A stretch of 64,000 bases of DNA from Octopus vulgaris (GCA_951406725.2 OX597820.1:32488001-32552000); one strand, 5' to 3'; shown: positions 1 through 14,151, counted from the stretch's first letter. Translations and numbers: made by a program. The notes: a model not told the origin generated them from the letters alone.

Positions 1-107
1 CACACACACGTATACGACCAGACACCTACATGTGTGTGTGAACCAAATTTTTTTATCAATCAATGCCGCAACAATAACACGAACAGTAGAAGAGTAAAAA
101 ACAATAT

Positions 108-163
108 TATTGTTGTTGTTATTATTATTATCATCATTCTTCTTCTTCTTCTTCTTCTTCTTC

Positions 164-222
<59 letters not shown>

Positions 223-345
223 ATTATTATTATTATTATTTTTATTATTATTATTTTTATTATTAATATTATTATCATCATCATCATCATCATCATCATC
301 ACCATCATTACTATTATTACTGTTTTTGCTATTGTTGTTGTTGTT
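108..345. repeat. Compound trinucleotide microsatellite (GTT/ATT/CTT/CAT)n
   Basis: Direct inspection; explains the poly-I/L/M ORFs here. Confidence 0.95.
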
Positions 346-499
346 ATTTTTCACAGTTGTTGTGAACAAAGAGAAGAATGGTATAAACAGCATGAACACA
401 AACAACAACAACTAGAAAACAAAAGCAACAACTGTAATATCAGCATCGATGATGTATATAAATAAATATTTAAAAAAAAAAACATAGTTATAAATAAGA

Positions 500-922
500 G
501 TAGTGAGAATTAGGAAAAAGAACAGAGGAAATGGTGAGATTGCGTAAGAAGGAGCAAGGGTAGAATATAGGAGAGGGTGATGGGAAGAGAGAGAAAGAGA
601 AGAAAAGGGAAGGAAAGAGAGTGGAAGGAAGAGCGGTAGAGGTAGGCACTCTGGGAATAGATAGCTTGTACGAGATTTGTTATTATGAGAGAGAGGGAAA
701 AGAGGCAAAATGAATTGTGAGAGAGGGAGAAAGAAGTTGTGAGAAAGAGAAAGAAAATGAGAAAAACATAAGGCAAAGAAACGGAGGTTAAGTGAAGGAC
801 AAGGGGAGAGGGAGAAAGAAAGAGAGAAGAGAAATGGAGAGAGAAAGAGAGGAGAAAGGGAAAGAGAAAGAAAGAGAGAAAAGGAGAGAGAGACAGAGGC
901 AAGATGAAGAGAGGGGGGGAAT
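500..922 (+). repeat. Polypurine (GA-rich) low-complexity tract
   Basis: Mostly A/G on the + strand over ~420 bp. Confidence 0.85.
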
Positions 923-1381
923 GCTGAAAGTGCGAATTCTCATAGAAACAAGTTTTTCTAAGAAAACCTTAAATAAACAAATACTTAAAAAAAGTTAAAA
1001 AGATTCGTACAATTATATTCTTTCCCTTAATCCTAAACCCACCTGTCCCCTACCCACGCGAAGCCCCCCCCCCCTCTATGTGGTCAGTTGATTTACTAGA
1101 AGGGGCACAGCCAAGACATCCAGAAGTACATCCTAGACCCAAAATGTTTTCTTACAAAGATTAATGCAGTTACTGCTAGATGTTCTGGGCTGGAATGCCT
1201 ATGATTAGGGCAAACTTTGGGCTAAACTGCATCAATATAATTTATCTATTTATAAATTTATAAATCTATTTATAATTATACTCGGGTTACGCTTTGCAGT
1301 TACTCTAACTGTTAGATAGGGTAGTGAAATCTGTCATTTTCATTCAGAGCCAATTAAGACAAATTTGGGATAAGTTAAATA

Positions 1382-1771
1382 GGTGTAGGAGTGGCTGTTT
1401 GGTAAGAAGTTTGCTTCCCAACCACATGGTTCCAGGTTCAGTGGTACCTTGGGCAAGTATCTTCTACTATGGCCTCGGGGCCGACCAAAGCCTTGTGAGT
1501 GGATTTGGTAGATGGAAACTGAAAGAAGTCTGTCGTACATACATACATACATACATATATACATACATACATACATACATACATTGTGTTTGTGCTTGTC
1601 TGCCCAATATCGCTTTACCACTGATGTTGGTGTGTCTACTTCCTCTCAACTTAGCGGTTCGGCATAACAGACCGATAGAATAAATACTAGGTTTACAAAG
1701 AATAAGTCCTGAGGTTCAATTGCTCGACTGAAGGCGGTGCTCCAGCATGACTAAAGTCAAATGACTGAAAC
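1382..1771 (+). mobile_element. SINE family A: tRNA-like head, CORE-like CCTTGGGCAAGTGTCTT block, internal microsatellite, CR1/L2-like tail
   Basis: Collinear with copies at 22449, 41633, 52072 and 61722; A/B-box-like TGGCTGTTTGG...GGTTCAG; tail GGCGGTGCTCCAGCATGACTAAAGTCAAATGACTGAAAC. Confidence 0.85.
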
Positions 1772-1887
1772 ACACACACACATACACATATATAATACAC
1801 ACATACATATATATATAAATATTATATTTGTGTGTGTGCGTGCACGCACATGTGTGTGAGTGTGTTTGTGTGTGTGTGTGTGTTTGT

Positions 1888-1929
<42 letters not shown>

Positions 1930-2009
1930 CCACACATGTTTTCAGACTCCAGGTGAGTCTAAACGAGCCTCTCTATATGTAAGTTCATCACTGAATGATT
2001 ACGGCTGGG

Positions 2010-2165
2010 ACGGCATTGATTAAGAAGCTTGCTTCCCGACCACATGGTTCCGAGTTCAGTCCGACTGCGTGGCATCACAGGCATGTGTCATCTACTATTT
2101 TCTCGGGCCGAGCAAAGCCTTGTGAGTGAATTTGGTAGAAAAAAACTGAGCGAAGCTCGCCGTAT
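2010..2165 (+). mobile_element. SINE family A, degraded 5' half
   Basis: CCACATGGTTCCGAGTTCAGTCC...AAAGCCTTGTGAGTGAATTTGGTAG matches family A. Confidence 0.75.
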
Positions 2166-2382
2166 TGTGTATTTGTTTCTTTTGCATCTGATATTTGCTA
2201 TTGATCTTTTATAATAACGTAGCTTTATCCTTTAATTTGCTGCTATTGAATACAAATACCGAGAAGAAATTTTACGGAACAGACATTATTTTAACGAGAC
2301 ACATCTTGTAACCACCCGAAGCGACACATCTACATCGACAGATACACCTAAAGCAGATGTTCAGTATCCCAATCGTGAGGGA

Positions 2383-2700
<318 letters not shown>

Positions 2701-2859
2701 AGGGCAAATAAAAATAATAAAAATGCTGACTAGTTCAGGACAATTGTTTTGCTATTAATAAATTATGTAATTTTACTCACATAACATAACTGTAGCTCTT
2801 CAGCCGAACCCGTCCAGAATACAATTTACCCAACCGCAAGCTAGATTTTACCATAACGA

Positions 2860-3842
2860 TACATACATAAATACATACATACATACATAAATACATACAT
2901 ATATACATACATACATACATACATACATACATACATACATACATACATACAAACATACATACATACATGCATATATACATACATACAAAAATACCTAGTT
3001 GTTGATGTTGAAATTCCAATGAAGGAGCTTTGGCTCTAAGTTAGAAACCGGCTATTTCTCTATTAGCAAGAAATCTTGAAATAAAACTGAATAATGACAT
3101 ACATACATGCATGCATACATACATACATACATACATACATACATACATACATACATACATACATACATACATACATACATACATACATACATACATACAT
3201 ACATACATACATACATACATACAAAAATACATACATACATACATACATACATTCATACACACATTCATACATACATACATACATGAACACATACATACAT
3301 ACAAACATACATACATACATACATTCATACACACAGACATACATATATTCATATATATATACATACATACATACATACATACATACATACATACATACAT
3401 ACATACATACATACATACATACATACATACATACATACATACATACATACATACATACATGCACACATACATACCCTGTGGATGTTGAAATTTCAATGAA
3501 GGAGCCTTGGATCTAGGTTAGAAACCGGTTCTTTCTCTATTGGCATGAAATCTTGAAATAAAACTAAATAACGACGTGCATTTAGATATACATTTATATA
3601 CTTATGTATGCGTACATAAACACATGCATCCAGACTTTCATTCATACATACATAGACACACATATATAGATACATACATACATACATACATACATACATA
3701 CATACATACATACATACATACATACATACATACATACATACATACATACATGTATGCATACATACGTACATACGTACATACATACATACATACATACATA
3801 CGTACGTACATACATACATACATACATACATACATACATACA

Positions 3843-3874
<32 letters not shown>

Positions 3875-3875
3875 G
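2860..3875. repeat. (TACA)n array containing two copies of a ~105-bp module (~2992-3097 and ~3472-3575)
   Basis: GATGTTGAAATT(C/T)CAATGAAGGAGC...TTAGAAACCGG...GAAATCTTGAAATAAAACT occurs twice between TACA arrays. Confidence 0.9.
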
Positions 3876-4143
3876 ACATCCATTCCTACAGACATAGTCC
3901 ATACGTCCGTGCTTGGAGACGCACATATGTACATACACATACTTATATAAACACATATAAAATAGCCACTCAAACAGTCCTCCTTCTCTCTCTCTTTCAC
4001 ACACACAAACACACACAGACACACGCATGTAAACAGACATTCACACGCACACACTCACCTATATATCTATATATACAAACACATACATACACACACACAC
4101 ACACTCTATATATATATATATATAAACTATATAAACACACACA

Positions 4144-4184
<41 letters not shown>

Positions 4185-4215
4185 AGGTATATATATAAAC
4201 ACATACACAGACATG

Positions 4216-4259
<44 letters not shown>

Positions 4260-4556
4260 TAAACGCACAGAAACATACATACACTCACACATATACATAT
4301 ATGAAATAGACTGACTGAGTGACCGACTACATTAGTATGTTAGTTAAATAATGTACTGTTTGTATTAGTAATACGGAAATGTACCGAAAGAAAAAGTTTG
4401 AGGTGTTGATATATTTGCACGGAAACTCTTCTACGTCTTGGATCCTGTTTGTTGGCTATTGCACTGCTGTTAAAACCCCGCAATTCGAAGATCCGGGTCA
4501 TTAGCCTTGGACGGTAGCTGATATGCATAATGTCAATGTATGTGTATTTCTATGTG

Positions 4557-4616
<60 letters not shown>

Positions 4617-4952
4617 TGTGAAAGTGTGAAAGTGTGAAAGTGTTGTATAATGATCAGGCTATCAAGAAAGTTGTATTATCAGGTAGGTATTTCTTATGTA
4701 TATTTGTACTTATACATTAAACTTGTGTCTGTGTGACGGTGTATACCTTATGTATGTGTATGTGTGTTGTGTGTGTATGTGAGTATGTGTGTGTATGTGA
4801 CACACACACATTCACATACAGGCATATACATATAAATGAATATATTTATTTGTGTGTACGTGTCTGTCTACCTATTCTCTTTCTATTCATCATATATTCC
4901 TGCACACACAAGCATAAACACCTCACATTTATATCTACACACACACACACAC

Positions 4953-4994
<42 letters not shown>

Positions 4995-5035
4995 CATGTA
5001 TGCGTGCATGTTTACGTATGTACATAACTCTTTTG

Positions 5036-5090
<55 letters not shown>

Positions 5091-5091
5091 C

Positions 5092-5231
5092 ATACCTCAC
5101 TTAATGGGACACGCTTTACGAGTCCCCGAGTTCACGAGCTTTTACGAATCTTATTTTCTGTTTACGAGTTTTTTGCTTTACGGACGTTCTTCAGGAACGA
5201 ATTAACCCTTATATCCAGGCACTGCAGCGTA
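5092..5231. mobile_element. Possible pogo/Tigger-like MITE remnant
   Basis: TACCTCACTTAA start, repeated TTTACGA motifs and a GGAACGAATTAACCC...GCACTGCAGCGTA end resemble Tigger-type MITE termini; degraded. Confidence 0.4.
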
Positions 5232-6487
5232 TATCAGGATGAGTAAAACGGAAGCAACGTTTCGAAACATGAAATTCAACACAATATATTTCAACAATGC
5301 AGAAATTTTATTCATCAAAGTGAATATCATTACAATCAACACATTTTTGCCAACGAGTTACAAGTTTCTTTATTCCGATAACATAAAAATCTGGAGTTCT
5401 GGAGCCGATGAGCTCTTTGAACCCACTTTCAGCATCGGTTTGATTTTTGAAGTCTTTCTCTCTCAGGAAACTATCAAGGTGCTTGAAAAAGTGACAGTCG
5501 GCAGGAGAAAGGTCTGGGGAATAACCTGAGTAGGGAAAAACTTCGTAGCCAAGTTCTCTCAACTTCTGGAGTGTCAATAGTGAAACGTGGTCGAGCATTG
5601 TCATGAAGAATGATTGGCCCTTTTCTATCGACCAATCTGGGATAGAGGAGTAGCAGTTTTTTGTTCATTTTGGCAATTTCATGGCAATATGTTTCTGCAG
5701 TAATGGTTTTTTCTGGGAGTTAAGAAGTTATAGTGGATGAGTCCAGCAGTACACCACTAAGCAATCACCATAAACTTCTTTTTGAAAAGCTCGGGTTTAG
5801 GGAAGGCTTTCGGTACTTCATTTTGGTCCAGCCACTGCGAAGAACATTTTCTATTATAGTACACAATCCACTTTTCATCGCAAGTTATCAATGCGGTCGA
5901 GAAATGGATCGGTCTGGTTACGGAGAAGTGATGAGCAAATTTCAGATCTGCGCATTTTCTGTTTTTTTATTCAAATCGTGTGGTACATATTTGTCGGACT
6001 CTTTGGATTTTTCTATCACATGCAAATGGTTGCAGGCAGTTTTCTGGCTAACTTTTGCCCATTCTCGATAGTTTTACGTGAATCTTTCTCAATGACGGTC
6101 TTTAATTGACTGTCATCGATGACAGATGGGCACCCACTACGCTCACGATCTTCAAGACTCAAGTCTCCACTGCGAAATCATTTAAACCATTTTCGAGCTG
6201 ACCACTCACTGGTCATTTCCTTACCAAACGTTTCATTGATATTGCAAGCAGTTTCAGCTGCTTTACGTCCTTTTTGAAGTTGAAAAGCAAAATTGCTCGA
6301 ATATTGCACTTTGACATTTCCATTTCAGATGATTGTAACAACGATGAAAAATATATCAATGTTAATTTATTGATGCATTTGGGCAAACTTTGTCTGTATT
6401 ATGTTTAAAAGAATTAAAAACTCTGCAAACATCCTGTACAAATTCTGCATGGTTCAAAACGCTACTTACTTTTTTTTCAACCTTGTA
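5230..6487 (-). mobile_element. Full-length (~1.26 kb) decayed mariner transposon, Hsmar1/cecropia-like
   Basis: Degenerate TIRs at TA ends (TATCAGGATGAGTAAAACGGAAGCAACGTTTCGAAACATG versus reverse complement TACAAGGTTGAAAAAAAAGTAAGTAGCGTTTTGAACCATG, ~70% identical) flank a transposase pseudogene. Confidence 0.92.
5308..6323 (-). pseudogene. Mariner DD34D transposase pseudogene (frameshifts and stops)
   Basis: Translated pieces MEMSKCNIRAILLFNFK/GRKAAETACNINETFG..WFK*FRSGDLSLEDRERSG, ITCDEKWIVYYN, GPIILHDNARP and YSPDLSPADCHFFKHLDSFL..KLVTRWQKCVDCNDIHFDE* match mariner motifs. Confidence 0.95.
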
Positions 6488-6514
6488 TATGTATGTATGC
6501 ATGTATGTATGTAG

Positions 6515-6545
<31 letters not shown>

Positions 6546-6587
6546 TGTATGTATGTATGTATGTATGTATGTATGTATGTATGTATG

Positions 6588-6634
<47 letters not shown>

Positions 6635-6778
6635 ATTCATTTATATATAATATATATATATACATATATATATTATATACACACATATACACGCATATAT
6701 ATATAGATATATATACACTCTCAAACACAAAATTACAAACGTAAATCTCTCTCTCCCCATCTCACTTCTTCTGTATGT

Positions 6779-6852
<74 letters not shown>

Positions 6853-6854
6853 AT

Positions 6855-6890
<36 letters not shown>

Positions 6891-7331
6891 TTATATTTAC
6901 AAAGAGAGGTTAGGAAGACGGTATAGGAAAGAAGACTGAAGATGATTAAAGGGAGAAAGTGGATCACCTGTTTGTGAAATGTAATAATTATAATTTGCGA
7001 ATCATGACTGACTAGCTTGTTGTCGGGCTGTTGTCGGGTGGCTCGTTAAGTAACATCTTGTGTCACCGGCAGAGCATGGAGGGGTATTTAAAGCGGGATT
7101 GATGGTATAATGATTAGAGGTGCGTTGTTGTTTCTTTTTACCTATGCAAATGTTTATTGCAGAACCAATAAAGCTTTCTAGCATAGGTAGAAAACATTAC
7201 AGGTGAAGCAGCCCAATGCATTGACGTGAATATTTGAGTGGAACACTTGTACGCTGAGATACATCAGGACATTAAATAGAGTTGTGCGATGATGACCGTA
7301 GGTGAAACAAAAATCAAAACGTATATATATA

Positions 7332-7724
7332 CTAGCAGTATCGCCCGGCGTCGCTCGGGTTTGTAAGGGAAATAACTATAAAGCATCGTTAGAGAGTTAT
7401 AGCCAAAAGATAGCAAAAATACATTAAAAATGGAAAAAAAATTATGGCAAATTTTTTTTTAAATCGTTGATTCATCGTAGACATTTTTAGAGAGTTACTT
7501 CCCTTATATTTTAAAAAATATGCATTAAAATGGAAAAAAATGATGGGAAATTATTTTTAAAATCGTAGACTCATCGTAGACGCGCGCTAATACCCAGAAG
7601 GGCTTGATATGAATCACGACTATAAGATACCCGGTTTTGGTTAAACTGCACCGCAAAATGTGGGAGTAGTTAGGAATCTAAATCGGAGTAGACAGACACA
7701 CAACCTTTCTTTTATATATAAAGA
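7332..7724 (-). mobile_element. Non-autonomous Helitron (~390 bp)
   Basis: On the - strand it starts A|TC and ends CTAG|T, with a subterminal GC-rich hairpin CCCGAGCGACGCCGGG and an internal ~90-bp duplication; second copy at 42159-42558. Confidence 0.88.
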
Positions 7725-7731
7725 TATAAAC

Positions 7732-7822
<91 letters not shown>

Positions 7823-7883
7823 TGTATCTATGTATATACATATATATATAAAATGGCATGTTGTTGAGATAGGTTCTCTTTCG

Positions 7884-7965
7884 TTCCTGATGAGAAGATT
7901 ACGTTATTTTGCACCGTTTATTCCTTTGGAATAAAACCAATGTTGTCTTCGAAACATATGACGAA
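7884..7965 (+). ncRNA. Degenerate Penelope-type hammerhead ribozyme motif
   Basis: TTC-CTGATGA-GAAGA..(long loop)..TCTTC-GAAA-CATATG-AC-GAA: stems I and II pair and stem III is palindromic, but U16.1 is replaced by A. Confidence 0.55.
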
Positions 7966-8190
7966 AGTAAAAGAATTTGGATAACACCTGCGTTCAACTT
8001 CATTTATTTACTTATACTATACAAATTACTGCACATTAACCCGGAGTTTCTACCTTTGAATAGGTCACTACATCATTGTTACTTGCGTGAATTTTGCTAC
8101 CCTGGTAACTGTTTATTGACTTTTCAATGTTAACGGTAAACGCAGGATAATTCATCCACTTGCACATATATATATTATAAGCTTTACGTT

Positions 8191-8273
8191 TATAAGCGAT
8201 CACCGTGTAATGACTAAAAAAATACTCTAATATTGGGACTGTTTTATTTAGTCATACACGGTGATCGCTTATA
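8191..8273. repeat. Foldback palindrome (~83 bp)
   Basis: TATAAGCGATCACCGTGTAATGACTAAA ... TTTAGTCATACACGGTGATCGCTTATA. Confidence 0.9.
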
Positions 8274-8425
8274 TGCTTTAAGGTCCTAAATTACTAATAT
8301 CATTTCTTACAGAATTATAAAACTCGACGCTACTTATCAAAAACCACACACATACATACACACACACAAGCACACACACACATACTCACACACATATATA
8401 CATATATATACTTACACACACACAC

Positions 8426-8490
<65 letters not shown>

Positions 8491-8500
8491 CACACACACA

Positions 8501-8968
8501 TATAGGGTGCGGTGAATAAACTGTCGTCTAAATTACGCAAAGATGAAAATAACATTGACGTCTCATTTTAACAAATATATTCATCAAAATTACATAAAAA
8601 CATCTTGAAATTCTAAAGAGTACATACTAAAGAGTAAATCGCCATTGGCTTCAACCACGGCCTCCACACGACTTAGGGGAATCTCCTGCAACTCTTCTCG
8701 GCTCCCCTTGTTTAAGTTGGTGAATGCTGCCATAATCCTTCCCTTCAGTTCATCTTTGGTGTTACAAGGAGTTTTGTTGGACTCACGCTCAACTGCGATC
8801 CACATATAATAATCTAGGGGGTCGTAGTATGAAGTGTTTGGTGGCCAGATGTTAGGGGTGATGTAGTCGCAGAAATTGTCTGACAGCCATGACTAGATTC
8901 TCCTGCATGTGTGGCATAGTGCAGCAATTAAAAATATAAAATGGGAACAATATACCATCAGAGCCTAT
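8501..8968 (-). mobile_element. Internally deleted Tc1/mariner-superfamily remnant, DD37D/maT-like transposase C-terminus
   Basis: The - strand reads [46 protein letters not shown]...SRVEAVVEANGD; spacing before the last D fits DD37D, although the middle D is lost. Weak TIR-like ends TATAGGGTGCGGTG / TATAGGCTCTGATG. Confidence 0.75.
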
Positions 8969-8992
8969 ATATATATATATACATATATAAAC

Positions 8993-9037
<45 letters not shown>

Positions 9038-9091
9038 CATATATATATATATATATAAACATATATATATATAAACATATATAAACATATG

Positions 9092-9147
<56 letters not shown>

Positions 9148-9171
9148 GATAGATAGATAGATACACATATG

Positions 9172-9205
<34 letters not shown>

Positions 9206-9237
9206 CATGTATGTATATGTATATGTATATGTATATG

Positions 9238-9274
<37 letters not shown>

Positions 9275-10000
9275 CATATGTATATATATATATATAAACA
9301 TATATATATATATAGTGACTGTTGAATGTTTCCCTTGTAGTAATGGTTGTTGCAATGACCATCCTATCTTTCTGTCTACATTATCGAGGCAGAATTAGTC
9401 AATCTCGCCTTCCATCCTTGCCCTCCACCCCCGCCTTCAATTGTTGAATATGCACTCCTCCTCATCTTTTTATGGGTGGGGTGAGGGTATTTTGAGCCAG
9501 TGGGACACTATCTGGGGGAGATTTGGTTGCTAAATTTAGCAGGTCGAGTTAAAGCGTACGTGTTTCTCAAGTTGACACGATTATAGCTGTGAGTGTTGTA
9601 AACAACGAATAGATAAATAGATAGATGGTGCAGAGAGATGAAAGGGGGAAATACAGAGACCATGAGTGAGAGAGTGAGAGAGAAAGAGATAGCAAGGAAG
9701 AAATGAGCGATAAAGTAACAGCAAGGCGGCAGTAAGACTCCATTAGTCATTCAAACTGCGTATCTGATAAATTCGAATGAAAATAATTTGCAGCGCAATT
9801 TGTCTTACCGAGATTTTTTATCACGGGTTGTTGACTTCTTATGTGCTATTAAAATCTGGTGATTACTTCTACGGGAATTTGAGTGTTTTGTCAACGTATA
9901 CAAACAGTCATGCATACATAAATACATACATACATACATACATACATACATACATACATACATACATACATACATACATACATACATACATACATACTTA

Positions 10001-10577
10001 CATAGTTAATCCAAACATGAAAACACAAAGAGAAAACAACAACGTGAGGACGTGGAACAAGTATAGTGTTATTGGACGCTCAGGAAATGAAAGAAAGAAA
10101 GAAGGAGGATTTAACGTTTCGAGAGGAAAACTTCGTCAGAAACATAGAAAAAGGAAAGGCCCAAGGAAGGGAAGACGGAGGAAAAAAGAAAACAAAAAGA
10201 AAATCGCCAACGATACACACGCGGTCACATATTGATTACATGCATACATACATACATACATACATACATACATACATACATACATACATACATACATACA
10301 TACATACATACATACATACATACGTACGTACATACCTACGTACATAGTTAATCCAAACATGAAAACACAAAGAGAAAACAACAACGTGAGGACGTGGAAC
10401 AAGTATAGTGTTATTGGACGCTCAGGAAATGAAAGAAAGAAAGAAGGAGGATTTAACGTTTCGAGCGGAAAACTTCGTCAGAAACATAGAAAAAGGAAAG
10501 GTCCAAGGAAGGGAAGACGGGGGAGAAAAGAAAACAAAAAGAAAATCGCCAACGATACACACGCGGTCACATATTGA

Positions 10578-10578
<1 letters not shown>
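10001..10578 (-). mobile_element. Tandem pair (342-bp period) of a Penelope-like terminal unit with minimal hammerhead motifs at 10108-10143 and 10450-10485
   Basis: Two near-identical ~235-bp units separated by (TACA)n; the - strand carries TTT-CTGACGA...CTC-GAAA-CGTT-AAA; third copy at 35985-36190. Confidence 0.7.
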
Positions 10579-10628
<50 letters not shown>

Positions 10629-11034
10629 CATACATACATATCATACATACATACATACATACATACATACATACATACATACATACATACATACATACAT
10701 ACATACATACATACATAGGCTATGTACTTAAGAGATTTACACTGAAACTTATAAATATTAGGTTTTTCGAAGAGATTTTGAAAGAAATTCATGCGGATTC
10801 TCCGATTCCAATCTATTAGTGGCGCTGCAAAGATTTGTAAGACATTCCAAAGATATTCCATCTGGGATTCTGGAGGTGAATAGATGCACACACACACACA
10901 CGCACCAAATTAGCCATATAATTGCAAAAACCAGGAGCTCTCTTGCCTTAAAAAGTCTTCTCACTTTGTTAGCGACCGGCTTCAACTCTCTCAAGAAGGA
11001 CTCATAGGAAACTCAAGGAAAAACCCTTGTTTCA

Positions 11035-11215
11035 GACATTGAACTGCGACCATGCTGGGGCATCGCCTTAAAGGGTTTTAATCTAACATATCGATCCCCG
11101 GTATTTAATTTTTTTGTTTCTAAAGTTTGCTAATTAAATAAATCGTTTCTTTTGCCGAACCGCTACGTTACGATGACGTAAACAAATTGAGACCGGTTTT
11201 CAAGCGGTGTGATAA
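11035..11215 (-). mobile_element. SINE family A, 3' half
   Basis: TTGTTTCAGACATTGAACTGCGACCATGCTGGGGCATCGCC...TTTTGCCGAACCGCTA. Confidence 0.75.
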
Positions 11216-11370
11216 ACACAAACACAAAGTAACACAACATACACGCTTACACACCCAGACATCAATATTTCTCTCCCTCTCACCAACTCTCTCTCATTCT
11301 CTGTATAGCTTACAAGTATTATTATTATTATTTACAGAAGTGTAAAATTCCGCAACAAATTACAAAATAG

Positions 11371-11432
<62 letters not shown>

Positions 11433-11591
11433 ATAGAAATGGCAAGACAACAAAAGAATGAAAGCGACCTCGATATCATGTAAATAAAGGAATTTTATTT
11501 GTAATATATGTGACAATTAGTTTTATCCTGGCTACCGAATAACTGTCACATATTAAATTTACACACATATATATATATATATATATATATT

Positions 11592-11661
11592 AATAATAAT
11601 GATAATAATAATGATAATAATAATAATGATAATAATAATGATAATAATGATAATAATAATG

Positions 11662-11713
<52 letters not shown>

Positions 11714-11727
11714 TAATAATGACAATG

Positions 11728-11758
<31 letters not shown>

Positions 11759-12018
11759 TAATAATAATAATGATAATGATAATACTACTAATAATAATGA
11801 TAATGATAATAATGATAATGATAATAATAGTAATAATAATAATAATGATAATAATAATAATGATAATGATAATACTACTAATAATAATGATAATGATAAT
11901 AATGATAATGATAATAATAGTAATAATAATAATAATAATAATAACAATAATGATAATGATAAAAATGATAATAATAATGACAATAATAATGATAATAATA
12001 TTGATGATGATGATGATG

Positions 12019-12104
<86 letters not shown>

Positions 12105-12175
12105 TAACAATAATAATAATAACAATAATAATAATAATAATGATAATAATAATAACAATAATAATAATAATAATT
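11592..12175. repeat. Long imperfect (AAT/GAT)n microsatellite with internal higher-order duplication
   Basis: Direct inspection. Confidence 0.95.
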
Positions 12176-12296
12176 CGTTAAGTTTATTTCTACTGATATT
12201 CTATAGAAGTTATAGTCAGTACTGATTTTTGCTACAACCTTTCGTATCGAGGCGTCAGATGTAAACAGACAATGTGATCGAAGACAAAAGTAGATA

Positions 12297-12348
12297 ATGA
12301 GTGTATATACCATATTTCGGGGATTGTTGCCCCTTCTTCGGTACTCAT
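12297..12348 (-). ncRNA. Hammerhead ribozyme motif, U4C core variant, Penelope-type
   Basis: - strand ATGAGTA-CCGAAGA-A-GGGG-CAACAAT-CCCC-GAAA-TATGGTATA-TA-CACTCAT; stems I, II and III pair, with one mismatch next to the core. Confidence 0.65.
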
Positions 12349-12484
12349 CTAACTCGCTCTCGTCTCCGAATACATTGCTTATATAGCTACCGCATACAGC
12401 GGTGTTAAGTTATTGGATATACCAATTTACATATTAAACGCATTCCCGCAGCTGGTATGTACCTACAAATCTGAAATAATGATT

Positions 12485-12596
12485 ATGGTTTCAAATTTTG
12501 CCACAAGGGCAACATTTTTGTGGAGGGGATGAGTAGATTACATCGACCCCAGTGTTCAACTGGTACTTACTTTATCAACCCCGAAAGGATTGAAGG
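12485..12596 (-). mobile_element. SINE family B fragment (3' part)
   Basis: CATCGACCCCAGTGTTCAACTGGTACTTACTTTATCAACCCCGAAAGGAT. Confidence 0.75.
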
Positions 12597-12966
12597 CGAT
12601 ATGTGCATCTCTGATCACGAGCAGAAGTCGTGGGGGAGCATCATAGCCATGTGTTGAGAGGGATTCTTTGTGGTTTGAATAATTCATCCCTGGAGACATG
12701 GGTGTTACGTTCAACATCCTTAAACAAACCTTATTCAGGGACCTTTTGAGCGGGATTGGTTACTCGACCAGAAGAATATTCTAACTGGGCTCCACCTGCA
12801 AGGTCATGCGCTGTTTATCTTGATATGAGATCACCATGTCGCGCACATATGGTTATGATGCATGTGCCTGGTGTACCCTTATCAGACTGGTAGTCATGAT
12901 AGGTATACTGGGCTTCGTATATTTTACCCCAGTGTCACTTTGATGGCATGCATTGCTCTCTCACTC
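12597..12966 (+). mobile_element. 5'-truncated copy of the ~555-bp (TAA)n-associated element, followed by (AAT)n to ~13101
   Basis: Reverse complement of the copies at 39517 and 49580; ends GCATTGCTCTCTCACTC-(AAT)n. Confidence 0.9.
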
Positions 12967-12973
12967 AATGATA

Positions 12974-13101
<128 letters not shown>

Positions 13102-14106
13102 CGTTAAAAGCACATGTATTTCCTCTCTCTCTCCCTCTGTGTCTTACCCCCTCTCTCTCTCTATCCCTCTATCACATTCCTAAATACTTTACTTGTTGAC
13201 ATCGTAAAACTCCTCAGCCGAAATCCTACAGCCACAGACCAATTCAAACAGTAAGCTAGTTTTTCGTTGGATTCAGATTAAGTTAAAACTTCCTTAAGTT
13301 TCTCCTTCCTTCTCTACTTCAATCTTAAATCTCTAAAACGTACACTTTATACATACACAGGCATGGAAAACAGCTCTTTAAAATACCCAGGCTATTTCAC
13401 TTTTACGTCGATCCCATCCCACGCACCCCTTTACCATCATCAGGCTAATTCAACACCCTGTGTATCAAGCCAATCGAACAGACTTAGACTTAGATCTTAC
13501 CTGAAATTCTCCTCCCCCAACCCACCTGTTTGCTACCAGCAGCCTAACCAAACTTGTAAGGCAATTACTGAACGCCCATCTAACATAATAATAAAAATTA
13601 ACTTTAGTAAATTACTCCCTTCCCCTCTTTTGTACAGCTGTCAGGCCGTCGATGACTAAACCGGCCACCCCACAGAGCTTGCATTGTGAGGTGGGCGTTT
13701 TTTTTTTGTTATTCGGTCAGCCTGCAGGATGAAATACAAGACCTATCTAAGGGCGGACGAACTCTGAGGAGTCAATGGCCATGCAAATAACAACTCATTC
13801 ACCGTCTGCGAAGCACTAAATACTGGGTTTAGTGTCCAGCGCAGGACTGCTCACTTAAACTTCTCTCTAGAGAGGGTCTCACGATAAAAAACACTGGTGG
13901 TTGTGACAGCTTATCAGCACTTTTCTCTGCAGGAGAGTAATAAATAATAGAATTAACTGTTAGAACTATTAATGTATATTTGTTTGTGCATGTGTGTGTA
14001 TGTGTGCGTATGTGTGTGTGAATGCATTTATATATATGTATGTATTTATATATATGTATGTATGTATATATATATGTACATACATACATATACATATATA
14101 TATAAA

Positions 14107-14149
<43 letters not shown>

Positions 14150-14151
14150 GC

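Noticed and set aside
3010-3060. Hammerhead candidate CAATGA..GAAACCGG in the duplicated module
   Set aside because: The core has two substitutions and stem I does not pair; a simple hairpin fits better.
10758-10994. AIIWLIW motif suggesting an L1/Tx1 fragment
   Set aside because: Too short, and no supporting zinc finger or other motif.
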